A stretch of 64,000 bases of DNA, from NCBI GenBank assembly GCA_928721565.1, contig OV788638.1:1484850-1548849 (forward strand). Reading direction: 5' to 3'. Below, piece by piece: positions 50,108-61,728 of the stretch. The translations under genes and the position numbers were made by a program. Source of the DNA: an uncultured Clostridia bacterium (GTDB taxonomy: Bacteria; Bacillota; Clostridia; TANB77; CAG-508). Below the pieces are notes generated by a model that saw nothing but the letters and a program-made list of their open reading frames with translations, searched no databases and was not told the origin of the DNA. The stretch's first letter is position 1; every line of letters begins with the position of its first letter.

Positions 50108-51454
50108 CTATACCAATTTGCCCCTTTTTTTGCTATTTTTGCTAGTTGCTTTTTTTGTTTCTTTTTTCTTTTCTATAACTTTTGCATTTTTTACTATGAA
50201 TTCTAATGCTTTTTCTGACTTGATTCCTTCTTCTAAGTAAGTTTTTAAGTTTTCATTTTTACTTAATTCTTCTACATCTTTTCCATAGCTTTTAGCCATT
50301 TCTTCCATTTTTGCTTTTATTTCTTTTTCACTTGCTTCTATTTTTTCTGCTTTTATTATAGCTTCTAATACAAGTCTTGATTTTATTGCTTCAATAGCTT
50401 GTGGCTCATATTCTTTTCTCATTTCTTCTTCTGTTTTTCCTAGCATTTTTAGGTATTGTTCTAGATTTAAACCTTGATATGCAAGTCTTTGTTCAAAGTC
50501 TTTTAACATATTATCTATTTCTAGTTCTACCATTCCTGATGGAATATCTAATTTAGCATCTTCGCATACAGCTTTTATTGCTGCTTCTTCTGTTTCATAT
50601 TTTGCTTTTTGCTCATTGCTTTTTGCTAACTTTTCTTTAATACTTTTCTTTAATTCATCAAGTGTATCAAATTCACTTACGTCTTTGGCAAATTCGTCAT
50701 CTAATTCTGGTAATTCTTTTTTCTTAATATCATGTAATTTCACTTTAAATATAGCTTCTTTTCCAGCTAAATCTTTTGAAAAATATTCTTTTGGGAATGT
50801 AACTTTGATTTCTTTTTCTGAGTCTCTTTCCATTCCTACTAATTGTTCTTCAAATCCTGGAATAAATGCTCCGCTTCCTATTTCTAATTCATGACCTTCT
50901 GCTTTTCCACCTTCGAATGCTACTCCATCAACAAATCCTTCAAAATCAATTGTTGCTGTATCACCATTTTCTAAAGCTCTATCATCAACTGTTATTAGTC
51001 TTGAATTGTGTTCTTGCATATGACCTAATTCATGTTCAATATCTTTTTTGTCTACTTTATATTCGATTTTTGGAATTTCTATTCCTTTATAATTTCCAAG
51101 TTCAACTTCTGGCTTTGTTTGAACTACTGCTGTGAATATTAAGTCTTTTCCTTTTTCCATTTGAGTAATATCAACTTCTGGTCTACTTACTACATCTATT
51201 TTATTTTCTTTTAAAGCTTCTTCATAGGCTTCAGTTGCAACATCATTAAATGCATCTTCATAGAATATTTGCTCTCCATAGTATTTTTCTACTATATTCA
51301 TTGGTGCTTTTCCTTTTCTGAAACCTGGTATGTTAAAGTATTTTGCATTTTGAAAATATACTTTTTTCATAGCATTTTCAAATTTTTCTGCTTCTACTGT
51401 AATTTCTAATTTTACTTCATTTGCTTTTTTTGTTTTTTCTACTTTACAATTCAT
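50108..51454 (-). CDS. tig: trigger factor
   Basis: Ribosome-binding N-domain (GFRKGKAP), PPIase domain, C-terminal domain. 448 aa. Upstream of clpP-clpX as in Firmicutes. Confidence 0.9.
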   Translation of the reverse strand: MNCKVEKTKKANEVKLEITVEAEKFENAMKKVYFQNAKYFNIPGFRKGKAPMNIVEKYYGEQIFYEDAFNDVATEAYEEALKENKIDVVSRPEVDITQMEKGKDLIFTAVVQTKPEVELGNYKGIEIPKIEYKVDKKDIEHELGHMQEHNSRLITVDDRALENGDTATIDFEGFVDGVAFEGGKAEGHELEIGSGAFIPGFEEQLVGMERDSEKEIKVTFPKEYFSKDLAGKEAIFKVKLHDIKKKELPELDDEFAKDVSEFDTLDELKKSIKEKLAKSNEQKAKYETEEAAIKAVCEDAKLDIPSGMVELEIDNMLKDFEQRLAYQGLNLEQYLKMLGKTEEEMRKEYEPQAIEAIKSRLVLEAIIKAEKIEASEKEIKAKMEEMAKSYGKDVEELSKNENLKTYLEEGIKSEKALEFIVKNAKVIEKKKETKKATSKNSKKRGKLV

Positions 51455-51523
51455 TATAATCTTCCTTTCTTGTCTTCTTATAGCTTTTATATTATATCAC
51501 ATATTTTCTATTTTGCAATACTT

Positions 51524-52417
51524 TTATTTTATAATACTATAGAAATTTTCAAATTCAAATCCTCTATCTCTAAAATATTTAATTATTGTTGGTAATGCTT
51601 TTGCTGTTGCTTCCTTATTTCCAGCATCATGCATTAACGCAACCACACTATTATGCTTTGGAACTGTTTTGTCTAATTCTGCTATAAATTGTTCTGTTGT
51701 TTTTGCTCCTGCTGCATCTGATGTTAATGCATTCCAGTCAATATGCAAAATATCATTTTGGTCTAATATTTGTGCAGCTTGCTTTTTTACTTCTGCATAT
51801 TTTCCTCCCCAATATCCACCTGGAAATCTAAATAAATGGGGGTTATATTCTTGTTCTCCTATTGCATTTCTAATTGCTGTTACACTTCTATTATATTCAT
51901 CTATAACACTTTGTGGAGAAGCATATATTTGTGAATATACATGTGAATATCCATGGCTCGCTAAATAATGTCCTTCGTTGTATTCACGTTTTACAAGTTC
52001 TGGATTAAGTTCAACTCTACTTCCTAACAAAAAGAAGGTTGCTTTTATATTTTCTTTTTTTAATGTGTCCAAAACTACTGGTGTTACAGCTTCTGATGGT
52101 CCATCATCAAATGTCAAAAATACTCTTTTTGTGTCACTATGATATATATTTGCAAAATTATTTTTGCCCTCATCTGTTAATTGCGGAAGTTTGCCTTTAT
52201 TATCTTCCTGCTTATTACGATTTTCTATCTCTCCATTATCAGTTGTTTGGAGTTGTTTTATCTGATTTTCATATGCAGTATATACTTTCTGATATTTTGA
52301 TTTTTTATTAATTTCTTTTATCATCAATATAAATACAATCGCCATTATTAATATAAATATCGCTATTATTATATTTCTTATATTTCTATATTTTCTTCTA
52401 ATTGATATCAAATCCAT
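51524..52417 (-). CDS. polysaccharide deacetylase family protein (NodB homology)
   Basis: Signal/TM anchor, then FLTFDDGPS and HSYSH motifs of NodB-type deacetylases. Confidence 0.7.
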   Translation of the reverse strand: MDLISIRRKYRNIRNIIIAIFILIMAIVFILMIKEINKKSKYQKVYTAYENQIKQLQTTDNGEIENRNKQEDNKGKLPQLTDEGKNNFANIYHSDTKRVFLTFDDGPSEAVTPVVLDTLKKENIKATFFLLGSRVELNPELVKREYNEGHYLASHGYSHVYSQIYASPQSVIDEYNRSVTAIRNAIGEQEYNPHLFRFPGGYWGGKYAEVKKQAAQILDQNDILHIDWNALTSDAAGAKTTEQFIAELDKTVPKHNSVVALMHDAGNKEATAKALPTIIKYFRDRGFEFENFYSIIK

Positions 52418-52435
52418 TTTTCCACCTTTATTTAA

Positions 52436-53992
52436 TTAGCTTCTTAAATATTCTAATTCCTCTTCAATATCTTTTCTCATGAATAGTGGTTTACCTTTTT
52501 CTATTACTTTGATGTTTTTTAATTGATCATAATTGTATAAACTATCCCATGTTTGAAATTCTTCTGTTATTCCAATTTGATTTAATAAGTTCTTAGCTGT
52601 TCCTTCTATAAATGGTAATAAAATTATCCCTATTTTTCTTATATTTTCAATTAAATGATATATACTAGATTTTAATTTGTCAGTATCTTCGTTTTTTGCA
52701 AGTTCCCATGGTCTAGTCTCATCTATATATTTATTTGTTCTAGAAATTAATGTCCATAATTCTTTTAAAGCATCTGACATTTCATATTTATTAATAAGTT
52801 CTTCTACTTTTTTTATTTGAATATTTGTAAAATCCTCATATTCTTTGTCTACTTCATTTGGAGTTCCATTATATTCTGGTACTTTTCCATCAAAATATTT
52901 ATTAACCATTGATATTGTTCTATTTACTAAATTTCCTAAGTCATTACACAAGTCTGAATTATATCTTTCTACAAAGCTTTCTGGTGTATATAATCCATCT
53001 TGTGATGTTTGCATTTCTCTTAATAAGAAATATCTTGTTGCATCAAGTCCATATCTATTTATTAATTTTTCTGGATATACAACGTTTCCTTTTGATTTTG
53101 ACATTTTTCCATCTTTCATCATAATAAAATTATGAACTAATATTTTTTTAGGTAATGGTAAGTCTAATGCCATTAAAAATATTGGCCAATAAATCAAGTG
53201 AAATCTTGCTATATCTTTTCCTACTATTTGTAAATCTGCTGGCCATAATTTTTTAAACAATGAATCATCCTCTTGTTTGTAACCTAAAGCAGTTAAATAA
53301 TTTGTTAATGCGTCTAACCATACATATATTACATGTTTTGGGTCTGATTTGACTTTTATTCCCCAATCAAATGTTGTTCTTGTTACACATAAATCTTCAA
53401 GTCCTGGTTTTATAAAATTATTTATCATTTCTGTTTTTCGATATTCTGGTTGGATGAAATCTGGATGCTCATCATAATATTTTAATAATTTGTCAACATA
53501 TTTTTTCATATTAAAGAAATATGCCTCTTCTTTCATTAATTTTACATCTCTTCCGCAATCAGGGCATTTTCTGTCAACTAATTGTGTTTCTGTAAAATAT
53601 GTTTCACATGGCATACAATACCAACCCTCATATTCGCCTTTATATATGTCACCTTTTTGTAAGAAATATTCAAATATATCTTGAACAGCTTTTTCATGTC
53701 TTGGCTCAGTTGTTCTTATAAAATAATCATATTTTATATCCATTAATGACCATAATTCTTTTGCCATTTTTGCCATCTCGTCAACATGCTCCTTAGGTGT
53801 TTTCCCATGTTCTTTTGCTACTGTTTCAATTTTTTGACCATGTTCATCTGTACCTGTTAGCATGAATACATCATATCCTCTTTGTTGTTTGTATCTTTTT
53901 ACTGTGTCTGCTAATACTGTTGTATATGCTGTTCCAATATGAAATTTTCCACTTGGGTAATATATTGGTGTTGTTATATAGAATTTTTCCAT
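52436..53992 (-). CDS. metG: methionine--tRNA ligase (short form)
   Basis: HIGH-region FHIGTAYT, KMSKS motif KMSKSKGN, zinc knuckle CMPCE...CPDCG. 518 aa, lacking the C-terminal tRNA-binding extension. Confidence 0.75.
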   Translation of the reverse strand: MEKFYITTPIYYPSGKFHIGTAYTTVLADTVKRYKQQRGYDVFMLTGTDEHGQKIETVAKEHGKTPKEHVDEMAKMAKELWSLMDIKYDYFIRTTEPRHEKAVQDIFEYFLQKGDIYKGEYEGWYCMPCETYFTETQLVDRKCPDCGRDVKLMKEEAYFFNMKKYVDKLLKYYDEHPDFIQPEYRKTEMINNFIKPGLEDLCVTRTTFDWGIKVKSDPKHVIYVWLDALTNYLTALGYKQEDDSLFKKLWPADLQIVGKDIARFHLIYWPIFLMALDLPLPKKILVHNFIMMKDGKMSKSKGNVVYPEKLINRYGLDATRYFLLREMQTSQDGLYTPESFVERYNSDLCNDLGNLVNRTISMVNKYFDGKVPEYNGTPNEVDKEYEDFTNIQIKKVEELINKYEMSDALKELWTLISRTNKYIDETRPWELAKNEDTDKLKSSIYHLIENIRKIGIILLPFIEGTAKNLLNQIGITEEFQTWDSLYNYDQLKNIKVIEKGKPLFMRKDIEEELEYLRS

Positions 53993-54147
53993 TCTTTCAT
54001 CCTCCTTTGCCTGTTTAAATTATAATAGCCATCTTGCGTCGTTAGAATTTATTAAAAACGCAGTTACATATAACATATATGTGCCTTTGCCTTTTTAATA
54101 AATTCTGCCTAGCAATATAACTATTCTAATTCAAACAATTAGTTATT

Positions 54148-54996
54148 TTACAATATAATATCTCTTTTAAGCAAATTATTTTTAACAGTTCCAATTCCTA
54201 TAAAATGTTCATTATTATAAATTTTATATACTCCATCAGGCAATAGCCATGTTAATTGTACACCATTTAAAAATAATTGCAACTTTTTTTCATTTAAATT
54301 AATATTTTTATTTTGTCTAAAATAATCTTCTATTGTAATACATATTTGTTTTTGTTCTAATTCTTCTATTGTTATTGCATCTTCTATTTTAAACTCTCCT
54401 ACTTGAGTTCTATTAAGTTCTTTCATATATCCTACTGTTCCAAGCTTTTCTGCAATACTTTCACATAATGTTCTAATATATGTTCCTTTTGAGCATTGAA
54501 CTTTAAATTCAATTTGTTTATTTTGAGAGTCTATCTTTATTATTTCTAATCGATAAATCTCTATTGTTCTTGGCTCAATCTCTATTTTTTGACCATTTCT
54601 GGCATATTCATAAAGTTTTTTTCCATTAACTTTTATGGCAGAATACATTGGTGGCCTTTGTTGTTGCTTTCCTATAAATGTTCTAAAAATATTTTGCACA
54701 TGTTGTATTTCAAAGCATGTTTCTGGTACTAACTTTGTTTCTATTATTTTTCCCTCTACATCAGCAGTATCTGTTTTTTCGCCAAGTTGTAATACTGCCT
54801 CATATGTTTTATCATGATTTATTATGTATTTTGATATTTGTGTTCCCTTTCCAATTAATAATGGTAATACTCCTGTTGCATTTGGGTCTAAAGTCCCTGT
54901 ATGTCCAACTTTTGAATTTAATACTTTTTTTGCTTTTCTTACAATGTCATGTGACGTACAATTTTTAGGCTTATTTATTATTATTATTCCATCCAT
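54148..54996 (-). CDS. truB: tRNA pseudouridine(55) synthase
   Basis: MDGIIIINKPKNCTSHDIVRKAKK...GHTGTLDP contains the catalytic Asp motif. Confidence 0.88.
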   Translation of the reverse strand: MDGIIIINKPKNCTSHDIVRKAKKVLNSKVGHTGTLDPNATGVLPLLIGKGTQISKYIINHDKTYEAVLQLGEKTDTADVEGKIIETKLVPETCFEIQHVQNIFRTFIGKQQQRPPMYSAIKVNGKKLYEYARNGQKIEIEPRTIEIYRLEIIKIDSQNKQIEFKVQCSKGTYIRTLCESIAEKLGTVGYMKELNRTQVGEFKIEDAITIEELEQKQICITIEDYFRQNKNINLNEKKLQLFLNGVQLTWLLPDGVYKIYNNEHFIGIGTVKNNLLKRDIIL

Positions 54997-54997
54997 T

Positions 54998-55957
54998 TTA
55001 TTTTTTTAATCCTTGTTTTACCGTATTTATAACTTTATTTTTAGCTTGCTCTAAATTTCCACTAAGGAAGCATCCAGCAGCTCCTCTATGGCCTCCTCCA
55101 CCAAGTAACATACATATATCAGATACATTTACTGTTTCGTGTGAGCGTAAAGAAGCTTTGTATCCATTAGCTCCTTCTTTTTCTTTTAGTAGTATAGCAA
55201 CTTCTACATCTTCAATATCACGAATCATTTCAACTAGTCCTTCGTCATCTCCCATTTCTGCATTAGTTTTTTCATAATCATCTATGTTTAAATATGCAAA
55301 GGCTATTTTTCCATCTTCGAAAAATTGCAATCTATTATAAATTATTTTTTCTAATTCACAGTGTGCTTTACTTTTCTTTCTTAATGCAATTCTACAAATT
55401 TCTTTAATTTTTGCTCCTTTTCGAACTAGTTCTGCAGCAAATTCAAATGTTTCTGGGCTAACTCCACCCCATTGAAATCCTCCAGTATCAGTAATAATTC
55501 CTGTTAAAATACACGTTGCAAGCTCTTTTGTTATTTCTACTCCGTAATATTCAAACATAGCAATTAATACCTGACAACATGCAGGTGCAACTGGATCAAC
55601 ATAATTTAAATCAGCAAACATTCCATTAACTGAATGATGGTCTATTTGAATTGTCTTTTTAGCTGGTTCAAAATATTCTTTTCCTCCTACTAATCTTTTT
55701 AAGTCTGTACAATCCACTGATATTGCCAAATCATAAGGTTCTTTTTGTCCTTTTTCTAATATCTTTTCTGCTCCTGGTAAAAATTTAAAATCCCTTGAAT
55801 ATTCTGGTATTATAACATCTACTTTTTTTCCTAATTGTTCTACTGCATGCATCACTGAAAGAGAGCTGGCTACAGCATCTCCATCAGGTGATTCATGAGA
55901 TAAAACTACAATTGTATCTGCTTTTTTTATTTCTTCTAATATATCATCTAATGTCAT
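54998..55957 (-). CDS. nrnA: DHH-family bifunctional oligoribonuclease/pAp phosphatase NrnA
   Basis: DHH motifs (VLSHESPDGD, DHH) and DHHA1 (GGGGH). Between rbfA and truB as in Firmicutes. Confidence 0.8.
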   Translation of the reverse strand: MTLDDILEEIKKADTIVVLSHESPDGDAVASSLSVMHAVEQLGKKVDVIIPEYSRDFKFLPGAEKILEKGQKEPYDLAISVDCTDLKRLVGGKEYFEPAKKTIQIDHHSVNGMFADLNYVDPVAPACCQVLIAMFEYYGVEITKELATCILTGIITDTGGFQWGGVSPETFEFAAELVRKGAKIKEICRIALRKKSKAHCELEKIIYNRLQFFEDGKIAFAYLNIDDYEKTNAEMGDDEGLVEMIRDIEDVEVAILLKEKEGANGYKASLRSHETVNVSDICMLLGGGGHRGAAGCFLSGNLEQAKNKVINTVKQGLKK

Positions 55958-55959
55958 TA

Positions 55960-56331
55960 TTAATTATTTCCTCCATTATCTTTGTTTTTCATTATATCAT
56001 TTAAGATACTATCTATTCTAGCTCCATACTCTAAAGATTCATCTAATTCAAACACTAACTCTGGAGTATTTCTTAAATTTATTCTTTTAGCTAATTCTGA
56101 ACGTAAATATCCAGAAGACTTTTTTAATCCTGTTAAAGTTTCTTTTACATTTTTTGAGTTCAAAATGCTGACAGATACTTTTGCATATTTTAAATCTGGT
56201 GTAACTTTAACTCTAGTAACACTAACCATTCCTGTAACACTAGGTTCTTTTAAATCAAAGCTAATTATTTGACTAAGTTCTTTTCTAAATTCTTCATCAA
56301 TTCTTCCTTGACGGTTATTGTTCTTTGGCAT
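55960..56331 (-). CDS. rbfA: ribosome-binding factor A
   Basis: RIDEEFRKELSQIIS...VTGMVSVTRVKVTPDLKYAKVSV is the RbfA KH-fold signature. Confidence 0.8.
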   Translation of the reverse strand: MPKNNNRQGRIDEEFRKELSQIISFDLKEPSVTGMVSVTRVKVTPDLKYAKVSVSILNSKNVKETLTGLKKSSGYLRSELAKRINLRNTPELVFELDESLEYGARIDSILNDIMKNKDNGGNN

Positions 56332-56616
56332 TTGTTCCTCCCTTCTATACAAAATGTACCCTTACTTATTTTATTTATCTATATGTTTCATTTCGAGCAT
56401 CAGCTATAGTTCTAGTTGTATTTATTTTTTCTTCTCTATATTCTCGTCAGCTTTCCTAACAGCTTCTCTATATGCTTCATTATTTACTTCATCTATTGAA
56501 ATCTTTCTGCTAGATTTTTTTACTTTTTCATATATAGCTTGACTTGCTCTTATACTTTCTAAAAATCCTTGCGAGTTTGATTATTATTTGACATGTTACT
56601 CATATCCTTTCAATAT

Positions 56617-58677
56617 CTATCTCTTAATTTCTTCCATAATATAAGCTTCAATAATATCTCCTTCTTTGATATCATTGTATTTTTCAATTTGGATACCACA
56701 TTCATATCCTTTAGCAACTTCTTTAGCATCATCTTTAAATCTCTTTAATGATGCAAGTTTACCATCATGTATAACAACATTATCACGTAATACTCTAACT
56801 CCTGCATTTCTTTCAAGTTTTCCATCTAATACATATGCACCTGCAATTGTTCCAACATTTGATATTTTAAATGTTTGTCTAACTTCTGCATTTCCTATTA
56901 TATGTTCTTCATATTTTGGTGCAAGCATACCTTTCATAGCAGATTCTACATCTTCTATTGCTTGGTATATTACAGAATATTGTTTTATTTCTACTTCTTC
57001 TTTTTCTGCCATACTCTTTTGCATTTGGCATTGGACGTACATTAAATGCTATTATTATTGCATTTGAAACTTTTGCAAGTGTTACATCTGATTCTGTAAC
57101 AGCTCCTGCAGCAGCATGAATTACTTTTACTTTTACTTCTTCATTTGCTAATTTTTCCATTGATTGTTTTATTGCTTCAACAGATCCTTGAACATCTGCT
57201 TTTACAATTAAGTTAAGTACTTTTAAGTCTCCTGCTTCCATTTGACTAAATAAATTATCTAATGTTACTTTGCTCATAGCATTTATTGCATTTTCTCTTT
57301 CTTGACGTTTTCTCTTTTCTATTAAGTGTTTAGCTGTTTTTTCATCTTTTACTTCATAGAATATATCTCCAGCTTGTGGAACTTCTGTTAATCCCATTAT
57401 TTCTACTGGTGTAGATGGTCCGGCTTTTTTTACTTTTTTACCTTTTTCATCTGTCATACTTCTTATTCTACCTATTGATGAACCTACAACTATTGTATCT
57501 CCAACATCAAGTGTTCCTCTTTGTACAAGCATTGATGCAATTGCACCTCTTCCTTTATCAAGTCTTGCTTCTATTACTACACCTTTTGCTTGTTTATTTG
57601 GATTTGCTTTTAATTCTAATACATCAGCTTCTAATAATACCATTTCTAATAATTGATCTATATTTTCATGTTTTTTAGCTGAAATTGGCACAAATATTGT
57701 GTCTCCACCCCATTCTTCTGGTACTAATTCATATGCCATTAATTCTTGTTTTACTTTATCAATATTTGCATCTGGTAAATCAATTTTGTTTATAGCAACT
57801 ATTATAGGAATTCCAGCTGATTTAGCATGATTTATAGCTTCTACTGTTTGTGGCATTACACCATCATTTGCTGCAACAACTAATATTGCTATATCTGTTA
57901 TTTGAGCTCCTCTTGCTCTCATTGCTGTAAATGCTTCGTGTCCTGGTGTATCTAAGAATGTAATTTCTCTATCATTTACTTTTACTTTATATGCACCTAT
58001 ATGTTGTGTAATTCCTCCAGCTTCGCCTTCGATTACATTTGTTTGTCTTAACTGCATCTAATAATGATGTTTTACCATGATCTACGTGTCCCATTACAAC
58101 TACTACTGGTGGACGTACTTCTAAGTCTTCTTCTCTATCTTCAGAATCATCAAATAAAATGTCTTCTTCTGTTATTGTTTCCTTTTTGTTTACTTTTACT
58201 CCAAATTCATCAGCAATTAATGAAGCTGTATCAAAATCAATCTCATTATTGATTGTTGCCATTACACCATATCCAAGTAATTTCTTTGATTACTTCTGCA
58301 GTTGTTTTCTTTAATTCAGCTGCAAAATCTTTTACTGTTATTGTTTCAGGAATTGTTATTTCTTCTAATTTAAAGATTTTTTGTTTATTACGATTTTCAT
58401 CATTTTTGCTTACTTTTTTCTTTCCTTTTTTACCTCTTTGTGTTGTTAAATCATAATAATCTAACATTCCACCGTCTTGGTCATCAAACATATTAGATAA
58501 GCTATCTGTTCTTTTTAAGCCTTTTAATTTATGTTCATTAATTTCACCACTTTGATTGTTTCTTCTTGATTTACTTGATTTTTTATTCTTATTATCGTCA
58601 AATCTGCTATTTTGTTTTTGTTTATCTATTGATTTGCTTATATTCTCTTGCATGTTCTTTTTCGACATTTTCAGCAC
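56617..58677 (-). CDS. infB: translation initiation factor IF-2, reading frame broken by at least 3 frameshifts. The N-terminal region continues to ~59.3 kb with the frame lost.
   Basis: G-domain [24 protein letters not shown] and a C-terminal beta-barrel are distributed over four overlapping ORF fragments (56617..57042, 56909..58057, 57987..58262, 58246..58677). Confidence 0.8.
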
Positions 58678-59662
58678 CCATTATATCTTTGATATTTTTT
58701 TCAATTCCTTTTCATCTAATGGTCTATTTCCACCATATCTTGATTTCCATCCAAATCTTGGATTTCCACCTTGTCTATTTCTATTATCAAATCTTCACCA
58801 TTATTGATTTTGGTCTATTTTTATCAAATCTAGGTCTATTTCCATTGTTTGAGAATTTCTTCAAAATTACGATTTCCATTGTTGTTGATTTCTATCATTG
58901 TTAAATCTATTTTATTTTGGAAATTCTATTTTGATTATTATTTCTAAATGATTATTTTGCCATCTCTATTGTTTTGCTTAAATTCTATTACTGTTTATTC
59001 TTTATTGGATTAGACATTTTGATTTTTTTTTCTGCGAACTTAACCTTGTTTTCTTTTTCATTCTATATTCTTCTTTTTTCATTTCAACATCCATTTTATT
59101 TTCTTTTACTTCTACCTTTTCTTCAACTTTTTGAGTCAACTACATCTCTTCCTTCTTTTTTCTACTTCTTTTTTGATTCCAAATAATTCATCAACTGTCA
59201 TTGGCTTAGATGGTTTATTTCTATAAACAATATTATAATCTTTATTCTTTTCTTTCAACAAATCCTACATTATTATTTTTCTTTTCTTCTTTTTTATTTT
59301 CTTCTTGTGGCTTGTTATTTCATCATTTATTATAACTTCTCTTCTTATAATAACTGGTGTATCATTGTTTTCTGTTTTGTTTTTTCAACATTTGGCTTTC
59401 TTTTCTTCCGGTTTTTTATTAGTTTTCTTAGCATTTTCTTTAATTTTTTCTGCCTCATCTTCATCAACTGAACTCAAATGGCTTTTTGCATTTATGTTCA
59501 ACTTCTCTAGCAATTTCTAATACTTCTTTACTGGTTAAGTTCAATTCCTTTGCTATATCATATAATTTTATCTTACCCAATAACATCACCCCCTGCTTTA
59601 TTTTCTCATACTATTTTCTTATTTCGTCATATATCTCATCATCTATCTTAATATCTAGTGCT

Positions 59663-59860
59663 TTATCTAGTTTTCTTGCTTTTCTTTAGCCTTTTCAAAG
59701 CACTCCATATCATAAACAAATATAAGCCCCACGGCCTGGTTCTCTTCCATTCTGCATCTACTTTAATAATATTTTCTTTATTTTTAACTATTCTTAAAAG
59801 TTCATTTTTGTTTTTCTGTTTTCTACACACTGTACATGTTCTTTGTGGTATATTTTTCAC
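59663..59860 (-). CDS. ylxR: YlxR-like (DUF448) protein, C-terminus frameshifted
   Basis: MKNIPQRTCTVCRKQKNKNELLRIV is the typical DUF448 start. The downstream sequence loses frame. Confidence 0.55.
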   Translation of the reverse strand: MKNIPQRTCTVCRKQKNKNELLRIVKNKENIIKVDAEWKRTRPWGLYLFMIWSALKRLKKSKKTR

Positions 59861-59891
59861 TATTTCCTCCTAGTTTTATTCATTTTATTCT

Positions 59892-60997
59892 TCAGATCTC
59901 TTCATCAGTAGTATTCATCTGCTCTTCTGCCTTTTTTGCTAACATCTCTCTAAATTGTGATTCTGATTTTATATCTATTTTCCATCCTGTTAATTTTGCT
60001 GCTAATCTTGCATTTTGACCAGCTTTTCCTATTGCTAATGATAATTGGTCATCTGGAACTATTACTTGTGCAAATTTTTCTTCTTCTTTTATATCAACTG
60101 CCATAATTTGTGCTGGTAATAATGCTGATGATATAAATATACTTGGATCTGCATTCCATTCAATTACATCTATTTTTTCTCCATGTAATTCATTTATTAC
60201 ATTTTGAATACGAATTCCTTTTTGTCCTACACATGAACCTACTGGGTCTATGTTTTCATCTGGTGAATATACTGCAACTTTACTTCTTAATCCCGGATCT
60301 CTTGATACACTTTTTATTTCAATTAATCCTTCATATATTTCAGGAATTTCAAATTCTAGTAGTTTTCTTACAAAGTCTGGATGTGTTCTTGATATTATAG
60401 CTTGTGGAACACCTTTTTCTCCTCTTTCAACATCAACTACATATCCTTTTATTTTGTCATTTACATGATAATGCTCTCTGTTGGAATTTGGTCTTTTGCT
60501 AACATTATTCCTTCAAGCTTTCCTAAATCCATAACTACAATGTGTTTATCAGCTTTTTGAATTAGTCCAGAAACTATTTCTCCTTTTCTTTCATTATATT
60601 CATTAAATACCATATTTCTTTCTGTTTCTCTTAATTTTTGAATTATTACTTGTTTTGCTGTTTGTGCTGCTATTCTTCCAAAATCTCTAGGTACTATTTC
60701 TACTTCAACACTATCTCCTAAATTTAATTCTTTGTTAATTTTTCTTGCATCTTCTAAACTAATTTCTAATGCATCATCATTTGCTCTTTCCATTACTTCT
60801 TTTATTGAAAAAACATGTGTTGCTCCTGTTTGTTCATCCATTTTTACATCTACATTTTCTAATGCATCAAAATTTCTTTTATATGCTGTTATTAATGCTG
60901 TTCTTATTGATTCTAATAATTCCTCTTTTTTTATTCCTTTTTCTTTTTCTAGTTCTTCTAATGCTAATATTAATTCTTTGTTATCAATTGCTTTCAT
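59892..60997 (-). CDS. nusA: transcription termination/antitermination factor NusA, interrupted by frameshifts in 60105-60460
   Basis: N-terminal domain ORF 60461..60997 ([21 protein letters not shown]...) and C-terminal KH-domain ORF 59892..60104 ([23 protein letters not shown]). Confidence 0.8.
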
Positions 60998-61152
60998 TTT
61001 TTATAATCAATCCTTTCTTTTCTCTCAAATTAATTTATCAATTTTCTTTTATGAAATGTCAAATTAATTTTGATCATCCAACGTCGAAAATTATTTTACA
61101 TTCATAAATTCTATATTAATTTTCCTATCAGTTTTTATTGCTATTTTTTTCT

Positions 61153-61554
61153 TCAATTACTTTCAATTGTTATTGTTTCTTCGTCAAATCCTTTTAATTC
61201 TCCAATATAATTCTTGTTTCCGTTTTCATCTTTTTTAAATAGTTTAGCTTCAACTTGACTTCCTATATTTTGTGCTAAATGGCTATCTTTTCTTAAGACT
61301 CTTTCAATTCCTGGTGATGAAACCTCTAAGAAATATTGTTCTTTAATGTAGTCTAGCTTCATCTAATAACATCATTAATCTCATTGCTTACTTTTTCGCA
61401 GTCATTTAAATCGATTCCGTTTGGGCTGTCAATATAATATTCTTAAATAATAATTTGGTCCTTCTTTGGCATATTCTACATCATATAGGCTGTATCCTAT
61501 ATTCTCTATTTTGCTCTTTTAGTAGTTCTTCTACCCTTTCTTCTATTTTTGCCA
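61153..61554 (-). CDS. rimP: ribosome maturation factor RimP, N-terminal half frameshifted
   Basis: The C-terminal ORF 61153..61362 is RimP-like. The start MAKIEE... with RBS AGAGGAGGAC is at ~61554, but the frame is lost between. Confidence 0.6.
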
Positions 61555-61728
61555 TATAGTCCTCCTCTTTCTTTTATTCTCCTCATTCACGATTGAAGAG
61601 TAGGATTTGCTCCTACTCTTCTGCGTTTTTTTATGTTCTTTTATATTATACCCAATTTTTGCCATAAAATCAAGGGTTTTAAAGAATTTTTTATGTATTT
61701 TTCCATTTATAAATATTTTTATTTCATT

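Noticed and set aside
56353-56616. Small gene (ylxP/DUF503-like) between infB and rbfA
   Set aside because: The expected gene position exists, but every frame is interrupted by stops, as in the rest of this error-dense region. I cannot reconstruct a credible ORF.
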